Source of the DNA: a virus
Lineage: Duplodnaviria > Caudoviricetes
Direction: 5' to 3' (one strand)
IMG/VR virus record: IMGVR_UViG_3300032232_001029
Location: 1 to 52,417 of that record
Length of the DNA: 52,417 nt
The notes beneath the pieces were generated by a model, which saw only the letters and a list, made by a program, of their open reading frames with translations, searched no databases and was not told the DNA's origin. This document shows positions 27,397 through 35,604 of the stretch, in pieces. Position numbers and translations under genes: made by a program. The number at the start of each line of letters is the position of its first letter. Positions within the stretch are counted from its first letter, which is position 1.

Positions 27397-29613
27397 ATGA
27401 TTACTACACAAAACACCGCATCAGTCTCTACCTCTGGAATCAAGTCTGCCGTTTCTTTCGGCATTAAAGATTCTGGACTCGCTCACATTTTTAATGTTCT
27501 TCGCAATCAGCTTTATACTGATAAGATCGGTGCTGTCGTGCGTGAGTATTCCGCAAATGCCTGTGATGCCAATGTCGAGGCTGGAACACCCAATGTTCCT
27601 ATCGTTATCTCTTTGCCTTCGCAGTTGAACAAGGTACTGAAGATTCGTGACTTCGGTCGTGGTCTTTCACAGCAAGACATTCAAGACATTTATTGCTTCT
27701 ACGGAGAAAGCACAAAGCGTCAGAGTAATGCCTTTATTGGTCAACTCGGACTCGGCTCCAAAAGTGCGTTTGCCTATGGTGATAACTTTGTCATCAACTC
27801 CTTTACAGATGGGATAGTCCGTTCTTACAACGCATTCATTGATCCTTCTGGCATCGGTCAGATTGCTCTACTTTCCGAAACACCAACGGAGGAACGCAAC
27901 GGAGTGGAAATCGTTATCCCTGTAAAGATGGAGGATGCTCCACACTTCACCAAGGCCGTGAAAAATTACCTTCGATTCTTCAAGGTCAAGCCAACCATTA
28001 TCGGTATGACAAAGGAGGAATCGGAAAGCACTTTTGAGGGTGCTATCTCGCAGGGTGAGGGGTGGAAGTTCTATCGGAATATCTCTTCTCCTCATGCGGT
28101 CATGGGTAATATCGCCTATCCGATTGCCCTCTCTTCGATGAAACTGGATAATAGCAATGCAGATGACAAGATGATCGCAAATCTTCTCAATGCGGCAATG
28201 GTGATTGACTTCCAGATCGGTGAGTTAGATGTTGCGGCAAGTCGTGAGGGTTTACAATACACCGCACACACGCTTCACAATATCCGTGTCAAAATGAAGA
28301 TGATTGCTGATAACATCATTAGAGAGATACAGACACAGATTGATCGTGATGCCAAGAGCGAGTATCATGCCTTACTCCTCCTCTCTAAGATGTATGAGAA
28401 TGTGCAGGGCTTCGGTTATATTCGTCAGATCATCAAAGGCATTAAGTTCAAGGGTTCCCCTTTGTCCATGAATTGCTACATCGGAACCAGCAAGCGGTCT
28501 ATTGATAAACAGATCAAGTTTCGTGCCATGAGGTATCGGAAGAACTGGAACGGCAACATTCAAGCAAGCGAGACTGCCGAGTTCCAAGTTCGGGGAAAAA
28601 ATACCTTGGTCTTTAACGATCTCGGCAATTACAACTCTGGTGCAAGAAACGCTAGGTATCTCGCTTCGCAGGGTGACAATGATGTATTCCTCTTTACTCC
28701 GCAGATCGTCAAGATTATCGGTGCAGAGGAAAAGCTAGGTACTATCAAGAAGGACGATAATTCCTATTCCAAGCAGATCGCAGAGATTAAGAAGCTGAAC
28801 GGATTTGCTGATTCAGATTTTATCCTCGCAAGCTCTATCGTTATCCCTGTTGCTCATGTCGGTATCGCCACTGGCAAGGTTGCAAGAACTGGCGTACTCC
28901 TGTTCAAGCCTAGTAACGCTAACTCTTGGAGGGCAAAGAATGCTTGGGATGAGGTGAATACGGATCTCAAGAATGGTTCGGGGGTCTATGTCCAAGTGAA
29001 CAATAATCGCCCTGTGATTAACGATAATCGCAAAGAGCCTTCGACTCTTGCCTCTATCATCGCCCCATTCAAGGCAACAATCGACGGCAATAAAATCATT
29101 GGTGTCACAAAAGCACAGATGTCAAAGCTCGGAAGCGGATGGGTTAGCCTTAGCGACAAAATCGTGGAGGAGTTCGATAAATATGTTACCGCCAACAATC
29201 TTAACCTTGATAAGATCACCGCTTATCGTTACGCCTTACCGATGCTTCGTGACTTGGGTGGTCTTGCTCTGATCTCGGAGCCAAAGACGCAAGCAATCAT
29301 TCTAAAGAGCCTAAAGGATAAGGAGGTTCACGCAATTCTTTCGGAGGTCTATGCGGTCATCAACTCGGACAAGCAGGGTAATAATGGCAAACTGGAAGCG
29401 GCAAGCCTTATGATGACGCAACTTGAATACCTCGGCCTTCCCTCGACAAGTGTTAATAAGAAACACTCTCTTGAGATGGCAGAGAACATCAAGAAAGACT
29501 TCAAGAAGGTTTGTGAGAAGTTCCCCATGATCGGGCTTGTCGATACTAGCTACCTTCGTTGGAGGACAGACGAGAAGGTGATGCGGAAGATCGCAGATTA
29601 TCTGAACGCTTAA
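27397..29613 (+). CDS. rIIA: RIIA-like protein (N-terminal GHKL ATPase)
   Basis: VREYSANACDA, IRDFGRG, YGESTK, GQLGLGSKS, ELDVAASREGL; followed by rIIB. Confidence 0.88.
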   Translation: MITTQNTASVSTSGIKSAVSFGIKDSGLAHIFNVLRNQLYTDKIGAVVREYSANACDANVEAGTPNVPIVISLPSQLNKVLKIRDFGRGLSQQDIQDIYCFYGESTKRQSNAFIGQLGLGSKSAFAYGDNFVINSFTDGIVRSYNAFIDPSGIGQIALLSETPTEERNGVEIVIPVKMEDAPHFTKAVKNYLRFFKVKPTIIGMTKEESESTFEGAISQGEGWKFYRNISSPHAVMGNIAYPIALSSMKLDNSNADDKMIANLLNAAMVIDFQIGELDVAASREGLQYTAHTLHNIRVKMKMIADNIIREIQTQIDRDAKSEYHALLLLSKMYENVQGFGYIRQIIKGIKFKGSPLSMNCYIGTSKRSIDKQIKFRAMRYRKNWNGNIQASETAEFQVRGKNTLVFNDLGNYNSGARNARYLASQGDNDVFLFTPQIVKIIGAEEKLGTIKKDDNSYSKQIAEIKKLNGFADSDFILASSIVIPVAHVGIATGKVARTGVLLFKPSNANSWRAKNAWDEVNTDLKNGSGVYVQVNNNRPVINDNRKEPSTLASIIAPFKATIDGNKIIGVTKAQMSKLGSGWVSLSDKIVEEFDKYVTANNLNLDKITAYRYALPMLRDLGGLALISEPKTQAIILKSLKDKEVHAILSEVYAVINSDKQGNNGKLEAASLMMTQLEYLGLPSTSVNKKHSLEMAENIKKDFKKVCEKFPMIGLVDTSYLRWRTDEKVMRKIADYLNA

Positions 29614-29630
29614 CATTGTAGTGAGGAACG

Positions 29631-29661
29631 AGGGTGAGGCTATGTGGTGTGGCCTCACCTT
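29631..29661 (+). terminator. Stem-loop after rIIA
   Basis: GGTGAGGC/GCCTCACC stem; weak U tract. Confidence 0.45.
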
Positions 29662-29711
29662 CAACTCTTTTAATTCAATTAAAATCACACCGGCATTGGA
29701 GTAACTAACAT

Positions 29712-29757
29712 CCCGGCGGGGCCCGGCGCTGTAACCTATTGATAATGAATGACTTAT
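29712..29757 (-). repeat. Cassette-boundary element copy 12 (inverted)
   Basis: CCCGGC-GGG-GCCCGG cgct GTAACC-N15-ACTTAT. Confidence 0.9.
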
Positions 29758-29825
29758 AACTATTCGTATCTTTATTGTAAAAAGTTCTTGTGAGGTCGTA
29801 CAAGAAAATGTATTATGAGGGAGTA

Positions 29826-30698
29826 ATGAATATCCCATATATCCTAACTGATAACTCACTAACGGCAATCCTCGCAGGAGTGCCACACACCATCCAGAAC
29901 TCCCATGAGAACTGGACGACAATCATCGAGGCTGTCAAGTCCGATGCCACAGAGCAAGAACTCCTTGATCTCATTGATACGGCTACTGCTGTCTCTAACT
30001 GGTCAGAGGGCGAGGTCGAGGTCGAGAATGGTCATGTCTACTTCAACGGAGAGGTCGTGCATGGTACTATTGTGGACAAGATTTTATCCTTTATCAAGGA
30101 GGGAATCTCTCCCACTCCTCTCGTCCGATTCCTTGAGAATCTGATGCAGAATCCTTCTCGTCGTAGCGTCTCGGAACTCTACTCGTTCCTTGAGCATGGC
30201 AATATGCCCATCACGCCAGATGGTCACTTCCTCGGCTACAAGAGTGTCAATTCTGATTGGATGGATCACTACTCTGGAAAGTTCCGCAACAAGGTCGGAG
30301 ATGTGCTTCAGATGCCTCGCAACTCTGTTTGCGACGATGCAAACCTTGGGTGCAGTTACGGCTTCCATGTCGGCTCTCTTGAGTACGCAACCAATTTTGG
30401 GTCTAGTGATCGCAAGGTTGTTATCGTGAAGGTGAATCCTGCGGATGTGGTTTCGGTTCCGCACGATTGCGACTTCCAGAAGATGAGGACTTCTCGCTAC
30501 GAGGTTGTCGGTACATTCGACGCTCCGCTTCCTAACGGCTACTACGATGGTTATGATAGCGACGAGGACGAGGACGAGGGCGAGTACGAGGAGGAGTATA
30601 GCTCCTACGATGGTACGACCTACGGCGTGAAGCCTAGTGGTGATCGCTACCACAATGTCAGAGACGGCAAGGGTCGGTTTGTCGCACGAAAAAAATAG
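29826..30698 (+). CDS. rIIB: RIIB-like protein
   Basis: FLENLMQNPS, ITPDGHFLGYKSV, CSYGFHVG..EYA, KVNPADVVSVP motifs. Confidence 0.9.
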   Translation: MNIPYILTDNSLTAILAGVPHTIQNSHENWTTIIEAVKSDATEQELLDLIDTATAVSNWSEGEVEVENGHVYFNGEVVHGTIVDKILSFIKEGISPTPLVRFLENLMQNPSRRSVSELYSFLEHGNMPITPDGHFLGYKSVNSDWMDHYSGKFRNKVGDVLQMPRNSVCDDANLGCSYGFHVGSLEYATNFGSSDRKVVIVKVNPADVVSVPHDCDFQKMRTSRYEVVGTFDAPLPNGYYDGYDSDEDEDEGEYEEEYSSYDGTTYGVKPSGDRYHNVRDGKGRFVARKK

Positions 30699-30709
30699 GG
30701 GATAGGGTG

Positions 30710-30739
30710 GCCGCTTCCGATAGGGGTATCGGAGGCGGC
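30710..30739 (+). terminator. Stem-loop after rIIB
   Basis: GCCGCTTCCGATA-GGGG-TATCGGAGGCGGC. Confidence 0.5.
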
Positions 30740-30771
30740 AATTCCTTGAAGCACTTAACTTGACTAACATG

Positions 30772-30817
30772 CCCGGCGGGGCCCGGCGTCGTAAGTTGTT
30801 GATGGTAAGCTACTTAC
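30772..30817 (-). repeat. Cassette-boundary element copy 13 (inverted)
   Basis: CCCGGC-GGG-GCCCGG cgtc GTAAGT-N15-ACTTAC. Confidence 0.92.
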
Positions 30818-30872
30818 TAAATTGTAAAAATACTTCTTGTCACGCTGTACAACTAGTCTTATAGTAGAGGTC

Positions 30873-31127
30873 ATGAGCACACCCACACCCAAACCTAAAC
30901 GTTTCTTCTACCACTATAACAAACCTGCTTCCCATGCGGAAAAACGCAACGTTATCACCATACACTGGGAAAATCAGTGTCACTGGGTTAATAAAATCAA
31001 AACGATTGGTGTTGACGTAGAGAGTCACGATCAACCAAGACAGCCTCGTTGCATAATGCGTGGTTTTGCTACGAGTGTCGTGTTTGACATTGACGCCAAC
31101 GGAAAGATTACCGGAACAATTTCTTAA
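30873..31127 (+). CDS. Hypothetical protein
   Basis: RFFYHYNKP...QPRCIMRG; promoter directly upstream. Confidence 0.7.
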   Translation: MSTPTPKPKRFFYHYNKPASHAEKRNVITIHWENQCHWVNKIKTIGVDVESHDQPRQPRCIMRGFATSVVFDIDANGKITGTIS

Positions 31128-31128
31128 T

Positions 31129-31347
31129 ATGCCTACTAAGTATTATACTATAGAAGTCTACAATAGACGCAAGTGGTCAGATAAATATTCTAGCCAATAC
31201 TTCACAAAAGAAGAGGCTGAAGAGAGAGCAAGGGAATTATACAAGGATGATGAATACTACAAGAACTATCAGAATGTAGAACCAATCCACACCTGCTATC
31301 GCATCAAAGAAACAATTGAAGAAACACTCATACACGAACTATCATGA
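31129..31347 (+). CDS. Hypothetical protein
   Basis: ATG start just after the previous stop. Confidence 0.6.
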   Translation: MPTKYYTIEVYNRRKWSDKYSSQYFTKEEAEERARELYKDDEYYKNYQNVEPIHTCYRIKETIEETLIHELS

Positions 31348-31547
31348 AACCACCTATACTATCCCGTAAGGGCGTCACTGAGGATATGCGATTCTATTGT
31401 AGGGATTGCGACCATACGTATACTGGAGACCAAGTAATGAACGGAAGTTTGGATATGTTTATCATATGGCAGGATAAAGATAATCCTATGAATTCGAAAT
31501 TTCGTTGCCATCTTTGCCAAGAAGATGTTGACGACTGCTACAATTAA
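31344..31547 (+). CDS. Small Zn-finger protein
   Basis: CRDC...CHLC. Confidence 0.6.
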   Translation: MKPPILSRKGVTEDMRFYCRDCDHTYTGDQVMNGSLDMFIIWQDKDNPMNSKFRCHLCQEDVDDCYN

Positions 31548-31562
31548 TAATAAAATAAAATC

Positions 31563-32045
31563 ATGGGCCAATACTACTACATCGTTAACCTTGACAAGAA
31601 ACAATGCTTAGATCCTAGCGCTTTTGGGCACGGGGTAAAGCTTCTGGAATTCAGTTGCTCACAAGGCGGCGCGAATACCGCTCTCATGTGCCTTCTTGCT
31701 AATAGCAACGGACGCGGAGGGGGAGATCTTCACACTGAGAACCCCACTGTTGGAAGCTGGGCGGGAGATAGGATTGTTGTTGCTGGTGACTATGCAGAGA
31801 TTGGCGATAAAGGGGAGCTAGACGACAATGAAAACCTGTATCGTAAATGTTCAGAAGGAAAGTTTGAAGATATTTCTTATAAGATTATGGCTGCTCTTGC
31901 AGATGACTCTTATATATATGAGGAACTAGAAAAGCTAGCCGTATCCATGAAGGATTGGTCTCCGGAACGCGCGGATCGTATCCTGTGCGCCCTTGCTGAC
32001 TCGGAAACTGCAATTAAACTAGAAGAGGCTAGACAGAAGCTTTAA
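31563..32045 (+). CDS. Hypothetical protein
   Basis: MGQYYYIVNLDK...GSWAGDRIVVAGDY; TTGACG-17-TAAAAT-6-ATG. Confidence 0.75.
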   Translation: MGQYYYIVNLDKKQCLDPSAFGHGVKLLEFSCSQGGANTALMCLLANSNGRGGGDLHTENPTVGSWAGDRIVVAGDYAEIGDKGELDDNENLYRKCSEGKFEDISYKIMAALADDSYIYEELEKLAVSMKDWSPERADRILCALADSETAIKLEEARQKL

Positions 32046-32052
32046 AGATTAC

Positions 32053-32138
32053 GCCCCTGAAGCTCATGGAGAGCAAGTCCGCTTATAACGGATTACTGTT
32101 GATAACAGCTAGGCGGGGTTCAATTCCCCACAGGGGTA
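32053..32138 (+). tRNA. tRNA-Ile (TAT) with long variable arm
   Basis: GCCCCTG/CAGGGGT acceptor; TCCG-CTTATAA-CGGA anticodon arm; CTGTT-GAT-AACAG extra arm; TTCAATT T-loop; no encoded CCA. Confidence 0.75.
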
Positions 32139-32773
32139 ATCTCTAATCTTCCATGATCAAATTCCCAATGACAGTTAGGGCAAAGATAAATAAGATTATC
32201 AATAGAATTAACGACAGATAATTTAGTATCCTTTGAAAAACTGGCTACAGCCTTTATATGACAGCATTGAACATGCTTATCATATTTACAGTTTGAACAA
32301 ATCTTGGGCATGTGCTTCATTTGTGCTCTGGCATGGTCTCTTATCGGGGAATACCTATTAGCTCCTTTATTGTTTTCTATTTCGGCTATAGTTTTTTCTT
32401 TACTAGATATTAATGAAAATTTTGGTCGGCACTGTTCACAATACTTAGCGCTACTTTTTAGAGTTCTTTGTCCACATTGTTTGCACATATTTTCATGCGC
32501 TCTTTTGGGATATATAACATTATTATACTTTGCTGCGCATACGCGAGAACAAAAATGATTTAAAGTTCTTTTTATCTGTGATGGTCTTTTTCCAAAATCT
32601 ATACCACAAGTTTTACAATTAACATTAACTCTATCTGATTGAGCTTTCCACTGGCAGGGTGCCGAACAATAAAATCTTGCAGATGGGTTTTGACGAATAG
32701 AATTATTATATATTTTCTTTTGTTTTAAAAATTTAACCCCGCATCCACAGCAGTCTAACTCTATAGTATTCAT
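32120..32773 (-). CDS. HNH endonuclease with N-terminal Cys-rich repeats
   Basis: CCHIK...NLIYLCPNCHWEFD; several CxxC/FCS motifs. Confidence 0.85.
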   Translation of the reverse strand: MNTIELDCCGCGVKFLKQKKIYNNSIRQNPSARFYCSAPCQWKAQSDRVNVNCKTCGIDFGKRPSQIKRTLNHFCSRVCAAKYNNVIYPKRAHENMCKQCGQRTLKSSAKYCEQCRPKFSLISSKEKTIAEIENNKGANRYSPIRDHARAQMKHMPKICSNCKYDKHVQCCHIKAVASFSKDTKLSVVNSIDNLIYLCPNCHWEFDHGRLEITPVGN

Positions 32774-32875
32774 ACTATATATTACACTAGGAGTCGAACT
32801 ATTTCTAATAAATATCCGTTTCGATTCCTAAGGGTAGTGCTTGACAAACTATTCATATAGAGTTATTATTCTCAT

Positions 32876-33067
32876 ATGCACTACTGGCCAAACCCATCCA
32901 TCACTAAAACACAATCCTCAATGGGCAAGCTCAGGGGGAATAGGCCGAAGGGTTTGACTGACGACGAGTGGCAGTCAATGGTAGCCGCACAGCTTTTCAA
33001 CAAGCAGTTGCTATTGAACTGCGTTCCGAAGGTTTCAAAGAAAGAGTTTGTAAAGAAGGACAGGTAG
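32876..33067 (+). CDS. Hypothetical protein
   Basis: TTGACA-17-TATTAT-6-ATG. Confidence 0.6.
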   Translation: MHYWPNPSITKTQSSMGKLRGNRPKGLTDDEWQSMVAAQLFNKQLLLNCVPKVSKKEFVKKDR

Positions 33068-33084
33068 TTTTATAGTTTAACTAT

Positions 33085-33160
33085 GGCTATGTAGCCCAAC
33101 GGCAGAGGCAACAGGCTTAAAATCTGTCGAGTGTGGGTTCGAATCCCACCATAGCTACCA
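33085..33160 (+). tRNA. tRNA-Leu (TAA), short variable loop
   Basis: GGCTATG/CATAGCT acceptor; ACAGG-CTTAAAA-TCTGT; TTCGAAT; CCA. Confidence 0.9.
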
Positions 33161-33173
33161 ACCCTAAAATCCA

Positions 33174-33509
33174 ATGAAATTAACTAGCTACAAATCTTAT
33201 CACACTGATATTGGAGGAGAGTACGAAAGTGTCGAGAGCGTATGGAATCTAGCCGTCGAAGACACTGATACTTACGATGCGAAAATCAAAGAGCGTTTTA
33301 AAACTATTCAAATCATCCAAAGAACATATCTGGAGAATGTAAAGAGAGACAACTTTACTTGGTATCAAGGCTATCGTACTAATTGTTTTACTTCGGATAC
33401 TAAAGACAAGCAAAAGCAGTTTGTTATTAAAGAAGCTAACAAATTCATGCATACTTTTAAAAATCACGCCCTTGTAGCTCAATGGTCAGAGCAGTCGGCT
33501 CATAACTGA
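33174..33509 (+). CDS. Hypothetical protein (3' end runs into a tRNA)
   Basis: ORF track. Confidence 0.55.
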   Translation: MKLTSYKSYHTDIGGEYESVESVWNLAVEDTDTYDAKIKERFKTIQIIQRTYLENVKRDNFTWYQGYRTNCFTSDTKDKQKQFVIKEANKFMHTFKNHALVAQWSEQSAHN

Positions 33510-33540
33510 TTGGTTGGGGGTTCGAATCCCTCCGGGGGCA
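33468..33540 (+). tRNA. tRNA-CAT (Ile2 or elongator Met)
   Basis: GCCCTTG/CGGGGGC acceptor; GTCGG-CTCATAA-CTGAT; TTCGAAT. Confidence 0.88.
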
Positions 33541-33553
33541 CTACTTTAAATAT

Positions 33554-33626
33554 GCGTCGGTAGCTCAGTGGATAGAGCAGGAGTTTTCTAAACTCTTGGT
33601 CGCAGGTTCGATCCCTGCCCGATGCG
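33554..33626 (+). tRNA. tRNA-Arg (TCT)
   Basis: GCGTCGG/CCGATGC acceptor; GGAGT-TTTCTAA-ACTCT; TTCGATC. Confidence 0.9.
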
Positions 33627-33646
33627 CTCCACTTTATTCTTGACAT

Positions 33647-33692
33647 CCCGGCGGGGTCCGGCGCCATAAGTTACTGGTAATCAACCACTTAC
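33647..33692 (-). repeat. Cassette-boundary element copy 14 (inverted)
   Basis: CCCGGC-GGG-GTCCGG cgcc ATAAGT-N15-ACTTAC. Confidence 0.9.
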
Positions 33693-33772
33693 CAAATTGT
33701 AAAAATAGTTCTTGTGCCAGTAGACAATAAAGTCTAATATAGTGATTCACCACTAACACTACAAACTACACC

Positions 33773-34537
33773 ATGCAACTCGACTTCATCGGAAACTCAA
33801 TAACCAAACTTAACAACAATGCAACCGAACAACCAAGATTCTGGGATCATGCTTATAATCTCGTCCCTACTTGCCGCCCTCGCCTTGATACTACGAAAGT
33901 AGACAGGTTTTTTAATTCAATTTTAGATGAGGAGATCTCCGAGTATTCTAAATACTGGGATAGTGTTACCCCCCGAAATGCTTCGGAAGTGTTTCAGCGT
34001 TGGTTGTTCGCCTTTATGAGCGTCCATACATCGTGGCGTTCAAACATTAACGGATACCTTATGATCCGTAACTGGTGGGAGTGGATGAACAAGCCAGAGG
34101 AGCTTGAGCGTAGGATCGTAGAGAGTGGTGCTGGCCTCCATAAAAACCGCACTAAATTCATTACCGCCTTCGCTGAACACTATTGGGCTAACATGGATTT
34201 CTACAAGAAAGCCGAGGATGAGTCTTGGACTGATTTTCGTGATCGTCTCGTCAAGCAAGTGCTTGGTCTTGGTATGGCAAAGGTCAGCTTCAGCCTTGAG
34301 ATGATCTACCCTTCGATTGCCGAGGTTACTTGCCTAGACACTCACCTGTTCCAAGTGTTCGGTCTGGATCAGTCAAAGGACGCAAAGCAGTATCATGCTA
34401 TGGAGAAACATTGGATCGAAATGTGCAAAATGTGGAATGTTAGTTCGTATGTCGCTCGTTGCATCTGGTGGGATCGCAACCAAGGCTATACTGATAGTCG
34501 ATACTGGAGCTTCGTCCTAGAAACCAGTAATCAGTAA
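33773..34537 (+). CDS. HhH-type DNA glycosylase-like protein (thermostable OGG-like)
   Basis: VLGLGMAKVSF helix-hairpin-helix and CLDTH catalytic motif. Confidence 0.7.
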   Translation: MQLDFIGNSITKLNNNATEQPRFWDHAYNLVPTCRPRLDTTKVDRFFNSILDEEISEYSKYWDSVTPRNASEVFQRWLFAFMSVHTSWRSNINGYLMIRNWWEWMNKPEELERRIVESGAGLHKNRTKFITAFAEHYWANMDFYKKAEDESWTDFRDRLVKQVLGLGMAKVSFSLEMIYPSIAEVTCLDTHLFQVFGLDQSKDAKQYHAMEKHWIEMCKMWNVSSYVARCIWWDRNQGYTDSRYWSFVLETSNQ

Positions 34538-34548
34538 GGGGAAAAGTC

Positions 34549-34628
34549 GTAACCTGTTTGTGGTGAGCGGGTTACGACGCCCGGCGGGGGGGCCCGGCCG
34601 CATAAGTCTTTGATAGACAGTTACTTAT
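34549..34628. repeat. Cassette-boundary element copy 15: box-core-box at the strand convergence
   Basis: GTAACC-N15-GGTTAC gacg CCCGGC-GGGGGG-GCCCGG ccgc ATAAGT-N15-ACTTAT. Confidence 0.9.
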
Positions 34629-35098
34629 CTATCTCTAGGGTCATCACTCAAACCCTTGTATAAAATATATAATGCAAAAATAAATACGACAAATAGGATA
34701 ATATCCTCTAATATATCTAGACATAATTGTAACATGTATATGTGGAGTATAAGCTATACGCTATTTGCCGTAAAAATATTCGCCTATTTAGATCGGGCTA
34801 TTTCACTATTTCGCGTTCACGAATTACCGCTTGTCACGAGACAAGTGAAAAACGTAATCACCAAGATGAATCTTTATCTCACTCTCTCCGAGTATTAGAT
34901 CGGAGAACTCAATATCATCCGTAGTAATCTTCTTTCCGTTGGCTAGGGCTATTACCCAATTACTCTCCTCTGGGTACGGGTCGATAGACAGGATGCTAAT
35001 GTCCAGATCCCCCTTTGTGATAGCGGTAAGAGTGTTATTGCGTAACACCTCTAGTACCTCTTCTACGTGCTTACTGTGTGCCATTTTATTTTATTCTA

Positions 35099-35290
35099 TT
35101 AGGAACACTTCGCCACGAAAGTCTCAACCTTCTTGGCTCCGACACGCTTGAGCAGGTTTGCCCGACCGAGGAATACCTTACCATGTGGTTCTCGCAGGGT
35201 TACGATTGCACCAACACGCTGCCTGAGGCGAACGATTTTGCCATTGTAATCATAGATACTTCCATTCTTTAGTTTAGTGATATTGTTCAT
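35099..35290 (-). CDS. Hypothetical basic protein
   Basis: ORF with upstream TTGACA...TAAAAT. Confidence 0.6.
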   Translation of the reverse strand: MNNITKLKNGSIYDYNGKIVRLRQRVGAIVTLREPHGKVFLGRANLLKRVGAKKVETFVAKCS

Positions 35291-35334
35291 GTTACTTGTT
35301 ATTTTAATTGTTATTGTTTATATTGTCAAATTAA

Positions 35335-35520
35335 TTATACTGCATACATCTCATATTCATCTTCAGTAATCTCGTCTATATTCTGTATATCTTCCACCTC
35401 GACTGGGGATAGCGTTGCAACCTCTTGCATCTCCGCAAGCAGTCGTTCGTTTGTTAGGCTGTTCTTACTCTCATGGAATAATTCATCTCCGTTTTCTAGT
35501 GTTACTTTATAGTATTTCAT
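35335..35520 (-). CDS. Acidic hypothetical protein
   Basis: ORF track. Confidence 0.6.
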   Translation of the reverse strand: MKYYKVTLENGDELFHESKNSLTNERLLAEMQEVATLSPVEVEDIQNIDEITEDEYEMYAV

Positions 35521-35604
35521 TTTTTTGCTTTATGTTTTAGTGCTATTGCTGTTAATATCATTGATAATAAGAATATAAATATGTTTCCTCCAGATTCGTT
35601 TTCG

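Noticed and set aside
29311-30770. Long minus-strand ORFs (203 and 228 aa)
   Set aside because: Antisense to rIIA/rIIB, as expected from their codon bias
14939-34628. Repeat elements as a CRISPR array
   Set aside because: Spacing is about 370-3000 bp with whole genes in between, the repeats are degenerate and flip orientation, and no cas genes are present
14939-34628. Repeat elements as simple intrinsic terminators
   Set aside because: No U tract, inner box positions do not keep pairing, and orientation flips while gene direction does not; separate hairpins already follow DUF932, rIIA and rIIB
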